Below the pieces are notes generated by a model. That model made no database searches and had not been told where the DNA came from. It saw nothing but the letters and a program-made list of their open reading frames with translations. The position numbers were made by a program, and so were the translations under genes. DNA of 64,000 nt, from NCBI GenBank assembly GCA_023379265.1, contig JAMCUI010000013.1, positions 11,576-75,575 of the forward strand, given 5' to 3'. Origin of the DNA: Patescibacteria group bacterium. Lineage in GTDB: Bacteria; Patescibacteriota; Microgenomatia; 2-02-FULL-39-11. This document shows positions 19,755 through 28,340 of this stretch, in pieces; the first letter of the stretch is position 1; each line of letters begins with the position of its first letter.

Positions 19755-22446
19755 AGGCGTAAACAGCAGGAATAGTTGCATTTAATTCTTGTAAAAATGG
19801 TATCAATTTCCCATCAAAGTCGGCATCAATTCGTTTATAACTTCCACCAAGATTAGTAAAGATGGGCATTTCACCAAAATCGTCTACATCAATCGTAAGA
19901 TTTTCAATGAGATGGAGTTTAATTAGGTTTAACCATTGTTCTTGTTTTTCTGTAACTTTTTTTGTGCCTAAAACTTTCTTCATGGCTAAATCAATCCTCT
20001 CTTTTGCCGAAAGTAAAGGTTCATCTTTCGCAGCGTGTTTAACCATTGAAATAATATCAGCAAGAGGATATTTATAAGCTCTGCGTAAATTATCTTCTGT
20101 ATAGCGTTCTGGTTGTTTGGAAAGTGAAGTCCGCAGTTCCTTTAATGCTTTTGTATCCCAATTTTTAGGTTTATTTATTACGATACTAATAGCCTCAATA
20201 TGCTCAGGATTATCTTTTACAAACCTCTCAAACTGTTTGATGTAGTCGTCAGGTTTTAGCTCTCTTCCGTCAGTAGTCCGAAATATATACTCTGATGTGA
20301 CAGTATCTTCTTGCTCAATAGCACGTATAAACCTTAATGGAGGCCGTGGATAATGTTTTAGTAGGTCAATAAACTTTTCATCTGTTAAGATTTTAAGCGT
20401 AGCTACTCGTTCTTTAGTTAAAGCATCAGGCAGGTTTTTAGCAAAGGCAGAGATGTCGCCATCTGGAATGTACTTTACGAACATTTCTCGTCCTTCGGCA
20501 GTAATATTTTTGGCAATTCGTTGAAGTCTCTTTACCAGACAGCGAGTATTGTATTCAACGTCAATATTATTATTTATTGCCTCTATTATTTCTTCAATAG
20601 TACGTACAGGATTGACTGGTGGAATTTGTGTTATTCCAGTTGTATTTTTGAACGCTTCAAGTAATGTTCCATCAAAACAATCAAAAACAGTGAAGTGATT
20701 TTTTGCTCGCGTCCCAAGTCCATTGGGAAAATTATTACAAAGTCGTGTACCCCGACCTAACATTTGCTCAAATAAAATACGGGATTTTACAGGACGTAGG
20801 AAAACGATATTTTCAATAGATGGAATATCAACGCCAGTTGATAGCATATCAACAGTAATTACTATATGCGGGTCGGGTCTATTTCTAAACTCTTTAATAC
20901 GAGTAAGTGGTCTATCAACGGTAGGTGAACCCGTAATCTTTTGTACGAAAGCATCCCCTTTACCGAAAATATCTCGGCAAATGTTTATTAGTTGGTCAGC
21001 GTGTGATATGTGAGGTAAATCATTATCAGCAAAGATGAGAGTTTTGGGGAAACGACCTAATTCTTTTTCTTGTTCAAGCGCATATTTAGCAAACTCCTGA
21101 ATAATTTTCCGATTACTTTCAGGTGCAGTAATATCCCTTTCTACGTCTGCGACTTCAAAATGTCTTTCATCTTCTAATAAATCCAGTTGCTGTGCACCTG
21201 TTTGCGTGTCAACCTGTTCAATTTCTTCGCCTTCTTTCAAAGTAATACCCTTAATCCTGACACCAGAGGAGACTTTTACAGCATCATAATCCACTAAAAA
21301 ACCATCTTGAACAGCTTTTTCATAAGTATAGCGATATGCGATTTCCTTAAAATAGCTTGTTGTATGTGCAGCGGGTGTTGCAGTAAGTCCAATTTTTATT
21401 GCATCAAAATGATTGAGAACTCCACGCCATTTACTTACTTCGTGTGAAGTATAACCTCTATGACACTCGTCAGCTATGATAGTGTCAAAAGCGTTAATAG
21501 GCATATCAATCTTGTCGGCATCATCGTCTGGGTCATAATCACCGCTATAGCTAAACATTCCCTCTTTGCCATAAAGATTAATTTGCATACGTTGTATTGT
21601 TGAAACATAGACGAATACTTGATTACCGTCTGGGTCTGTAAGGTAGCTGGTAGGAATAGTGTTAAAATCTACTTTTTCTTCACTTTCAAAATCATCAATT
21701 TTGAACTTTTGACTATAAACTTGGTAGATTTGGTTAAACTTCAAACCATTTTCTGCTTCGTAACTAGCAAACTCTGTTACTGCTTGTGCAGCCAACGCTT
21801 TGCGGTCAACTAAGAAAAGAATACGTTTACTTACTCCTGATTTAAGTAAACGATATACAAGAGACGCAATAGTGAAAGTCTTACCTGTTCCTGTAGCCAT
21901 AGCGACCAGCATTGAGCGTTTATTATTAGCGATGGCATTTTCTATGGCGATAATTGCATCTCGCTGGTAGTATCGCAACTTACTATAGTTAGGTGGATTT
22001 TCAGAAAACCACCTAGTATTTTCCTGTGTTTTTATTGTTAAATATTCAATCAGTGCTTTTGGAGTATGAAACTCTTGTATTTGTCGTGAGCGGCTAGTAG
22101 ATAATCGTAAATCTTGAAACCAGATTATTTCACCGTTTGTGGAATAAATAAAAGGAACTTCCAATCCTTGCTCCTTAGCTCCTTTTACATATCGTTGAGC
22201 TTGTGATAAAACATTTTGAGGGCCGAGTGTAATCTTCTTTGCCTCAACAAAAGCAACGAGCTTTCCATTAGTAAATAAGGCATAATCTACTGGGCCTGTT
22301 GCAGTAGGATATTCCTCTACAGCATTTTTGTGAAGCACCGATATATCTAACCCCTCTTTATAAGGGATAATATTTTCCCATCCAGATTTTTTCAATTTTT
22401 CATCAATCCACTTTTTACGAGTGGCTTTTTCATTTACATTTTCCAT
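19744..22446 (-). CDS. hsdR: Type I restriction enzyme R subunit (EcoEI/EcoAI-like C-terminus)
   Basis: VDY..VEAK nuclease, LRYYQ, MATGTGKT, DECHRG, LTATP, QMLGRGTR. Confidence 0.95.
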   Translation of the reverse strand: MENVNEKATRKKWIDEKLKKSGWENIIPYKEGLDISVLHKNAVEEYPTATGPVDYALFTNGKLVAFVEAKKITLGPQNVLSQAQRYVKGAKEQGLEVPFIYSTNGEIIWFQDLRLSTSRSRQIQEFHTPKALIEYLTIKTQENTRWFSENPPNYSKLRYYQRDAIIAIENAIANNKRSMLVAMATGTGKTFTIASLVYRLLKSGVSKRILFLVDRKALAAQAVTEFASYEAENGLKFNQIYQVYSQKFKIDDFESEEKVDFNTIPTSYLTDPDGNQVFVYVSTIQRMQINLYGKEGMFSYSGDYDPDDDADKIDMPINAFDTIIADECHRGYTSHEVSKWRGVLNHFDAIKIGLTATPAAHTTSYFKEIAYRYTYEKAVQDGFLVDYDAVKVSSGVRIKGITLKEGEEIEQVDTQTGAQQLDLLEDERHFEVADVERDITAPESNRKIIQEFAKYALEQEKELGRFPKTLIFADNDLPHISHADQLINICRDIFGKGDAFVQKITGSPTVDRPLTRIKEFRNRPDPHIVITVDMLSTGVDIPSIENIVFLRPVKSRILFEQMLGRGTRLCNNFPNGLGTRAKNHFTVFDCFDGTLLEAFKNTTGITQIPPVNPVRTIEEIIEAINNNIDVEYNTRCLVKRLQRIAKNITAEGREMFVKYIPDGDISAFAKNLPDALTKERVATLKILTDEKFIDLLKHYPRPPLRFIRAIEQEDTVTSEYIFRTTDGRELKPDDYIKQFERFVKDNPEHIEAISIVINKPKNWDTKALKELRTSLSKQPERYTEDNLRRAYKYPLADIISMVKHAAKDEPLLSAKERIDLAMKKVLGTKKVTEKQEQWLNLIKLHLIENLTIDVDDFGEMPIFTNLGGSYKRIDADFDGKLIPFLQELNATIPAVYAYAN

Positions 22447-22455
22447 AATAAGTAT

Positions 22456-22641
22456 CTATCTACCTACGAGTTTTTTTAGAAAACGTTTAATATCTTCTTT
22501 TTTATAGCGTCTGTCTCCTCTGTTACTGATTATTACTGCTTTTAATTTTCCTGTTTTATCCCAACGTCTTAAAGTTTCAGGATTAACTCCTAACATTTCT
22601 GCTGCTTGGCGTATTTTTATTAGTTTTACATTCCTTGGCAT
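22456..22641 (-). CDS. MerR-type/excisionase-like HTH protein
   Basis: IRQAAEMLGVNPETLRRWDKTGKL...RGDRRY. Confidence 0.85.
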   Translation of the reverse strand: MPRNVKLIKIRQAAEMLGVNPETLRRWDKTGKLKAVIISNRGDRRYKKEDIKRFLKKLVGR

Positions 22642-22751
22642 TTTGTCCCAAAATTAGAATAGTAACTTCTACTCAATTATACATCACATCTGATACAATT
22701 ACCCTATAATTGAATAGGCTAAATTGTTGAATAGAAAAATTAATTGATTTT

Positions 22752-23288
22752 ATGATTTTATCTCAGAAAGCTATTGACGAGTTCAAGGCTATTTTTGAAA
22801 AAAAATATCATAAGAAGTTAACTAATGCAGAAGCATCAGAATCCGCGCATAATCTAGTAGGATTCTTTGAGGTGTTATATGAGATTGCAGAGCGTGAGGC
22901 AATAAGAACTAAACGCCTTGAGAAAGAGCCGAAAGGATTTTATTTAGAGGACGATGGTAAGGTGTATAACTGTCTCATCTGCCACAACACAATATCAGGC
23001 AAGACTGGTTGGTGGGATAAATGGGGTCAGAAGTGTCTTAACTGTCAAAGGAACATTAATGCTGGTGTGATACCACCAGATATATGCAAAAACGATAAAA
23101 TATGGTTTAAGAATTGGCAGTTGAAAGAGTATTTCGGCATCCATCCTTCAAAAGTACAAAAGTTAAGAAGAACCGGAGAATTAAAAGGGATAGACTTGTT
23201 GGATGAAAAAGGGTGGACGTACCTTACAGTGTTTTTAGTCAAGGATAATGTATCTTTTTTGAAAAAGTACTCAAAAAATAAGAAATAA
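22752..23288 (+). CDS. Hypothetical protein with Zn ribbon and C-terminal HTH-like segment
   Basis: CLIC...CLNC; LKEYFGIHPSKVQKLRRTGEL. Confidence 0.65.
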   Translation: MILSQKAIDEFKAIFEKKYHKKLTNAEASESAHNLVGFFEVLYEIAEREAIRTKRLEKEPKGFYLEDDGKVYNCLICHNTISGKTGWWDKWGQKCLNCQRNINAGVIPPDICKNDKIWFKNWQLKEYFGIHPSKVQKLRRTGELKGIDLLDEKGWTYLTVFLVKDNVSFLKKYSKNKK

Positions 23289-23478
23289 TTTATAAGAGTT
23301 GTATAGATTTTTATTGATTTCAATAGAATAAAAGACTATCAGTCCGAAGTCTTAGCAATTATTTCCCCTGAACACCGTACCTACTCACTCATGTTTCATT
23401 GACCCACTATTGACATACGTGATGTACCACTTACACTCAAATCATAAACTTAATTTAGATAGATAGAGCGATACGACA

Positions 23479-23619
23479 ATGAAAATTAAAAGCATCAAAA
23501 AATCCATTTTCCCCACCCAAAGAGACGCCATAAAGAAGATTAACCGTTTAACTCGTAAATCCTATAAGTATATTGATTTTCTTATTTGGAGAGGAGCTAT
23601 TTATGGACAAAAGATATGA
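23479..23619 (+). CDS. Small basic hypothetical protein (46 aa)
   Basis: Manual ORF MKIKSIKKSIFPTQRDAIKKINRLTRKSYKYIDFLIWRGAIYGQKI*, overlapping next start. Confidence 0.35.
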   Translation: MKIKSIKKSIFPTQRDAIKKINRLTRKSYKYIDFLIWRGAIYGQKI

Positions 23620-24205
23620 GCCCCATTTAATCGGAGATTATGTTTTTGACGAGACAGCCTCGGCCTTGCAAAAAAGTATTCGCAGGGGTCTGGAATACGA
23701 AAGTTGCTGGTGGGGTTTCATAATACACCAGAGTGGCTATGGCCAGTATCTATGGCGCAGGTTAAATATTATAACGGCAGAAGATGTTGGGTTAGGTAAT
23801 CCTAGTGCATTAATTCTAGTTTCTGCACTACAGCAGTCATGGCTGTTGTTTCACAAGCATGATAAAGCGCCTACTCTGGACAAATATTTGCTATGCTGTC
23901 AGGCAATCTTGCATCTTTGTCGTTCTCCCAAATCCCGTGAAGCTGATAGCCTAACGAATTTGATTGAGGAAAACTATAAATCAGGCAAACGATTGGCAGT
24001 CGCGGAATACGCTTTGGATTCACACTGTGAAAAAGGACGTCAAAGATGGGGTAGTTTCGGCAACAGAACTGACGGAAAAGAAAAGAAGCGATTGGACATG
24101 TGGTTTAAAGTTTGGTCGTATATTGAAAACCAAGCATACCCCGATAAGTGGATAGATGAACTTAAAAGTATATGGTACGGCAGAACAAAGGAAGGTAAGC
24201 CATGA
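23603..24205 (+). CDS. RarA/MgsA C-terminal-domain-like protein lacking the AAA+ domain
   Basis: SALQKSIRRG, LWRRLNIITAEDVGLGNP, SPKSR; GAGGAG RBS before ATG 23603. Confidence 0.7.
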   Translation: MDKRYEPHLIGDYVFDETASALQKSIRRGLEYESCWWGFIIHQSGYGQYLWRRLNIITAEDVGLGNPSALILVSALQQSWLLFHKHDKAPTLDKYLLCCQAILHLCRSPKSREADSLTNLIEENYKSGKRLAVAEYALDSHCEKGRQRWGSFGNRTDGKEKKRLDMWFKVWSYIENQAYPDKWIDELKSIWYGRTKEGKP

Positions 24206-25104
24206 AAAAAATTACGAGTCTAGAGTTAGGTTTTAATAGTTACCCAAGAAAAATCTTTGACAATCTGGACGTCAGTGAAAGCACACGGGTTGATTATAAC
24301 TACAGGATTGGTTTATTCCTTACATTTATTAAATACAATCATTTTGTCAGTAACAGCTTTTTGGATTTCAAGCGGTATCTTTCAAAAAGGAATGATTATG
24401 CAGTCTCTACTAAGAATAAATACCTTATAACAGCAAAAGTCTTTCTAAAAGAGCTTAACAGGTTAGGGTTTCTGCCCATAAATATCACGCAGAATGTTAA
24501 ATTATTCCAGCAGAATAGGAAACACAAGAGAATTGGATTGAGTGAAAGCGAAGTATTGCTTCTATCAGAAAAAATCAAACAATTACCCATCACGATGAAA
24601 AACACACGGTTAAGAGCTATTCTATGCTGTTTGGTGCTACAGGGGCTTCGTCAGAAGGAGATAATCGGACTGGCAGTCCGAGATTTGGATTTAGTAAATC
24701 AAACCATATCAATCACTGGTAAGGGAAGGGAAGACAAAGAGATGGTTGATTTGCATCCAGAAACGGTAAAAGCTTTGTCAGAATACCTTGTTACAAACAA
24801 AATTGCAGACGGCCCGTTATTTGTTAGCCAAAGCAACCACAAGCGCAATAACAGACTAACTACACGAGGATTGAGAGGAATAGTAAAAGCAATGTTAAAA
24901 GAGCTAAATATAAACAAGTGCGTGCATGGGTTCCGACATTATTTTGCCACTAAACTAATTAAAACGTATAAAGGCGACTTGCTTGCAGTCGCCCAATATA
25001 CTCGCCACAAGAGTATTGATACTTTGCAGATTTATAACGACAGCATTAAGCATAAGGAAGATTTACCTCGTTTCTACCGAGCCTTTCAAGGGATTCAATT
25101 TTAA
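24202..25104 (+). CDS. Tyrosine recombinase (XerC/D-like)
   Basis: Catalytic R (GLRQKEI), K (GKG), HGFRH, RHKS, Y (QIYND). Confidence 0.92.
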   Translation: MKKITSLELGFNSYPRKIFDNLDVSESTRVDYNYRIGLFLTFIKYNHFVSNSFLDFKRYLSKRNDYAVSTKNKYLITAKVFLKELNRLGFLPINITQNVKLFQQNRKHKRIGLSESEVLLLSEKIKQLPITMKNTRLRAILCCLVLQGLRQKEIIGLAVRDLDLVNQTISITGKGREDKEMVDLHPETVKALSEYLVTNKIADGPLFVSQSNHKRNNRLTTRGLRGIVKAMLKELNINKCVHGFRHYFATKLIKTYKGDLLAVAQYTRHKSIDTLQIYNDSIKHKEDLPRFYRAFQGIQF

Positions 25105-25268
25105 CTGATTTTCAGTTCCAACTTCTCATAATACACATTACAGGAAATACAATTATAGGACACTAACTTTCTGTCTATTACGCACAAGGTCTAAATAACT
25201 CTAAAGAATTCTATAAAAGTATAGTCTGTCCTATAATCAATTAGAGCGTCCTATCGCTTAAATCCCTA

Positions 25269-25296
25269 TTGACATCGGTATTGTTTTTGATATTAT
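25269..25296 (+). promoter_or_regulatory. Sigma70-like promoter of the rep/recombinase operon
   Basis: TTGACA-16 nt-TATTAT. Confidence 0.5.
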
Positions 25297-25344
25297 TAAA
25301 ATAAGTTAACAAATTACCGAAGTCCCACAAGGGGACGGGTTGAT

Positions 25345-25390
25345 AGATACCCAAAGGCACATGGGATTAGTGTCAAGGGTATCTTTTTTT
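25345..25390 (+). terminator. Leader hairpin followed by T-tract (attenuator-like)
   Basis: AGATACCC...GGGTATCT with inner GGCAC/GTGTC stem, then T run, 17 nt before ATG 25408. Confidence 0.5.
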
Positions 25391-25407
25391 GTGGGAAAAA
25401 ATGAAAA

Positions 25408-25656
25408 ATGAATAACAACTATTGGACTACTTCTGATTTTACCTCCGCCTGTATAGCACGAGCCTCTGGAATACCTCTGATTGACCTTATCAAAGATAAA
25501 CCACATTCAATTACCTTCGTTTTTAGTGAAGAACCCCAAAAATGCGAGGCCATTCTGAAATCACATTGGGATAGAAGTCTCAAGCTAGAGACACGTTTAC
25601 TTTTTGAAACCATTAACGAGCTAAAAACAAGGATTTATGAGCGATTAAAACAGTAA
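25408..25656 (+). CDS. DUF5659-like small protein
   Basis: TTSDF..ACI...G..L......FVF pattern, 82 aa. Confidence 0.6.
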   Translation: MNNNYWTTSDFTSACIARASGIPLIDLIKDKPHSITFVFSEEPQKCEAILKSHWDRSLKLETRLLFETINELKTRIYERLKQ

Positions 25657-25684
25657 AAAGAATGTTTTTTAATGTAAATGAAAT

Positions 25685-26239
25685 ATGGAAAATCGTTACC
25701 ACATCAAATGGGAAGGATTAAGAAAAATGATTAGAAACCCTAATATACAATCTATTCACAAGGTTATTTTAGTTGACTTACTTTTATATTCAGGTGTAGA
25801 TGGCAATTGCTTTCCATCACAAAAGACATTAGCAATAAATCAAGGCAAATCAGAGCGTTATATTAGATTAAAGCTACATGAACTCCAAAAATTAGGTTTA
25901 ATTTCTTGGGAACGTGGTGGATTTGGATGTTCAAATAATTATTCTCTCAATAAGGAACTATATATCCTCACTGATGATGACAAAGGGTCTTCTATATCCT
26001 CTAAGATAGGAAATCAATATCCTTTACGAATAGGAAATACTCTACCTACTAATGTAATCAAATTAAATAATCAAACTAATAATAGTCAATCGCAAATTAA
26101 TAAAACGAACCCATCCTATTTCATTCCTTGTAATCAAAAAGGGTGTTCTGGTGGACGAATTTTCAATACAAAAAAAAATACTGCATCTAAATGTGATTGT
26201 TTAATTTCCTTTGAAAAGTGTAAAAAGAATGGAGACTAA
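25685..26239 (+). CDS. HTH (HTH_36-like) replication-initiator-like protein with C-terminal Cys motif
   Basis: CFPSQKTLA...SERYIR..L.EL.KLGLI.W......SNNY; C-terminal C..KGCSGG...CDC. Confidence 0.65.
   Translation: MENRYHIKWEGLRKMIRNPNIQSIHKVILVDLLLYSGVDGNCFPSQKTLAINQGKSERYIRLKLHELQKLGLISWERGGFGCSNNYSLNKELYILTDDDKGSSISSKIGNQYPLRIGNTLPTNVIKLNNQTNNSQSQINKTNPSYFIPCNQKGCSGGRIFNTKKNTASKCDCLISFEKCKKNGD
25953..26047. repeat. Four 16-bp iteron-like imperfect palindromes inside the rep-like gene
   Basis: AGGAACTATATATCCT (25953), GGGTCTTCTATATCCT (25985), AGGAAATCAATATCCT (26008), AGGAAATACTCTACCT (26032). Confidence 0.55.
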
Positions 26240-26405
26240 TTTAAGTACCGAAAATCATAATTCACACGAAAAGCAATTATTAACTTCAAACGATGTTGAA
26301 AATCGGATGCGGATTATAGCTAACCTTATTATTGATAAATATCTTGACGATAAAAAGAACAAATTATTGAAAACATTAAATGAACCAACTACACTAAAAA
26401 TATAA
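26229..26405 (+). CDS. Small hypothetical protein
   Basis: METNLS...RMRIIANLIIDKYL; coupled between rep and recombinase. Confidence 0.5.
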   Translation: METNLSTENHNSHEKQLLTSNDVENRMRIIANLIIDKYLDDKKNKLLKTLNEPTTLKI

Positions 26406-26412
26406 ATAAAAT

Positions 26413-28158
26413 ATGAAAATGTACGATGCTGTCGCTGCACTTAGAGTATCATCAACAAAACAAGGATTAGCTGGTGATAGCCCTGACGACCAACAATTAC
26501 AGATTGAAAACAAAGCGAAATTATTAGGTATAGATACCTCCAACATTAAATATTTTACTTTTATTCAATCTGCTTCAGGCATTGTACAGCCTTCTCAAGA
26601 AGCAATTGATTTTTGTAAGGAAAATCAGGGTAAAGTTAAGTATTTTTTCATTAAATCTATAGATAGATTTACTCGTGGTGGTGTCTATTCTTACCTTCAA
26701 TTAAAAGCTCAACTCATTAAATATGGTGTACATTTAGTTGATGTATTAGGAGTAATCAATGAACAAAAAATAAATACTCTACAACATCTAGGACTAGAAT
26801 ATCGTTGGAGTGTTTATAATCCATCTTTTGCAAATGAACTCCTCAAAGTTGAGGAAGCAAAGAACGAAGTTTGTTCAATTCTTACTCGTCTCATTGGAGC
26901 TTCAATTCGTTATGTACGAATGGGGTATCGTGTTAGACAATCTCCGATGGGTTATCAAAATAGCAAAATTGAGACAACTGATGGGTTGAGAGTTGTTTTA
27001 ATACCTCATTCTATTGAAGCGAGATGGTTCATTAGAATGTTTGAGTTGAGAATACAAGGTAATTTATCTGATGAAGAAATAGTGAAAGAGGTTAATAGCA
27101 TGGGTTTTAAGTCTAGATTATTAAAGATACATGATAAAGTAGAAAGAACAAAAGTGATTAATTACAAAGGAAGTCTACCGCTCAATGTTAAACAATTTCA
27201 AAGATACATACAAAATCCTATTTATGCCGGTGTAAATACTGAAAAATGGACTAATGGTCAGCCGATTAAGACTAAGTTTGATGGGTTAGTAACTATAGAA
27301 ATGTTTAATAAAGCAAACCGCGGAAAAATTATGATTATTGAAGATGGGGATACGGTAAGGATTTACAAAGGTAAACTTCCGGAATGGCTTGTAAAGAAAG
27401 ATAAAGACAATCCACTGTATCCATATAAGAAACAGGTTCTTTGTCCCATATGCAGAAACCCTTTACTCGGCAGCGCACCAAAAAATAAAGCAGGCGACCA
27501 TATTCCCCGTTATCATTGTGGAATAACGAAGTTTCGTAATCACAAGTATTGGAGTGTAAATAAAAAGATATTTGACAAAACGATTAACAATTTTGTACAC
27601 ACGATTAGGTTTAGTGAGAAGTTTAAGAAACGACTTGAAGAAATCGTACTTGAAGAGTGGGAAAAAAGAAGTCAAAAATTAGTTTCCGATACGATAGATA
27701 TAAGAGAACAAGTTAATAAAATAGATTTTGATATTTTGCAACTTAAAGAAAGAATAAAACAGCTTACATCAACGACTGTAATTCAAATGCTTGAAGCTGA
27801 TATAGATGGATTAGTGCAAAAGAAAACAGGTTTAATTGTTGATTGTAATAAGAAAGAAGATGAGGATGTAGATATTCAGACACTAATCAACTACACAAAA
27901 TACTTAATGGAACACCTAGAAGAATTATTATTAGGAGGCTCTGACCCGCTTAAAAATGCTGCTCTTTTTGGACTAATTTTTGATACACCACCGACTTATC
28001 AAGATTTAGTAAATGGAACACCAGTTTTATCGCCTCTATTCCAGCTAAACGAGGATTTCAATTCTTCTAAATCTTTTTCTGTGAGCCCGGAGAGATTCGA
28101 ACTCTCAACCAACAGCTTAAAAGGCTGCTGCTCTACCGTTGAGCTACAGGCCCAGTAA
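26413..28158 (+). CDS. Large serine recombinase (integrase)
   Basis: RVSSTKQ catalytic Ser, IDRFTR, recombinase domain (NPIYAG), Zn ribbon CPIC...YHC, coiled coil; last 25 codons antisense to tRNA-Lys. Confidence 0.93.
   Translation: MKMYDAVAALRVSSTKQGLAGDSPDDQQLQIENKAKLLGIDTSNIKYFTFIQSASGIVQPSQEAIDFCKENQGKVKYFFIKSIDRFTRGGVYSYLQLKAQLIKYGVHLVDVLGVINEQKINTLQHLGLEYRWSVYNPSFANELLKVEEAKNEVCSILTRLIGASIRYVRMGYRVRQSPMGYQNSKIETTDGLRVVLIPHSIEARWFIRMFELRIQGNLSDEEIVKEVNSMGFKSRLLKIHDKVERTKVINYKGSLPLNVKQFQRYIQNPIYAGVNTEKWTNGQPIKTKFDGLVTIEMFNKANRGKIMIIEDGDTVRIYKGKLPEWLVKKDKDNPLYPYKKQVLCPICRNPLLGSAPKNKAGDHIPRYHCGITKFRNHKYWSVNKKIFDKTINNFVHTIRFSEKFKKRLEEIVLEEWEKRSQKLVSDTIDIREQVNKIDFDILQLKERIKQLTSTTVIQMLEADIDGLVQKKTGLIVDCNKKEDEDVDIQTLINYTKYLMEHLEELLLGGSDPLKNAALFGLIFDTPPTYQDLVNGTPVLSPLFQLNEDFNSSKSFSVSPERFELSTNSLKGCCSTVELQAQ
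28082..28153 (-). tRNA. tRNA-Lys (TTT), CCA not encoded
   Basis: Revcomp GGGCCTGTAGCTCAACGGTAGAGCAGCAGCCTTTTAAGCTGTTGGTTGAGAGTTCGAATCTCTCCGGGCTCA. Confidence 0.96.
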
Positions 28159-28180
28159 AATTGCGACCAATTTTACTGGG
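28151..28180. repeat. Perfect 13-bp inverted repeat
   Basis: CCCAGTAAAATTG-CGAC-CAATTTTACTGGG; CCCAGTA recurs at 28186-28192. Confidence 0.85.
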
Positions 28181-28340
28181 TAAACCCCAGTATTATTATC
28201 TTATTTTTCCGAATTATATGATTATACCAGCATAAAAAAATCATATCAACAACATTCATAGACACTTCTCACGTACTTTTGTTGGACAAATTTGTAAAAG
28301 AGATATAAACTGAATTTATAGTCTTTCATTATTATTTATT

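Larger units (their letters stand above)
13063..28084. mobile_element. ~15 kb integrative element at the 3' end of tRNA-Lys
   Basis: AT-rich block with serine recombinase running into the tRNA, tyrosine recombinase, rep-like gene and RM cargo; shared TGTGA core at 13063-13067 and 28080-28084. Confidence 0.85.

Noticed and set aside
17147-25104. Phase-variable hsdS shufflon driven by the tyrosine recombinase
   Set aside because: Only one hsdS, no silent TRD cassettes and no flanking inverted repeats seen
13063-28084. Prophage or ICE
   Set aside because: No terminase, capsid, tail, relaxase or T4SS genes recognised
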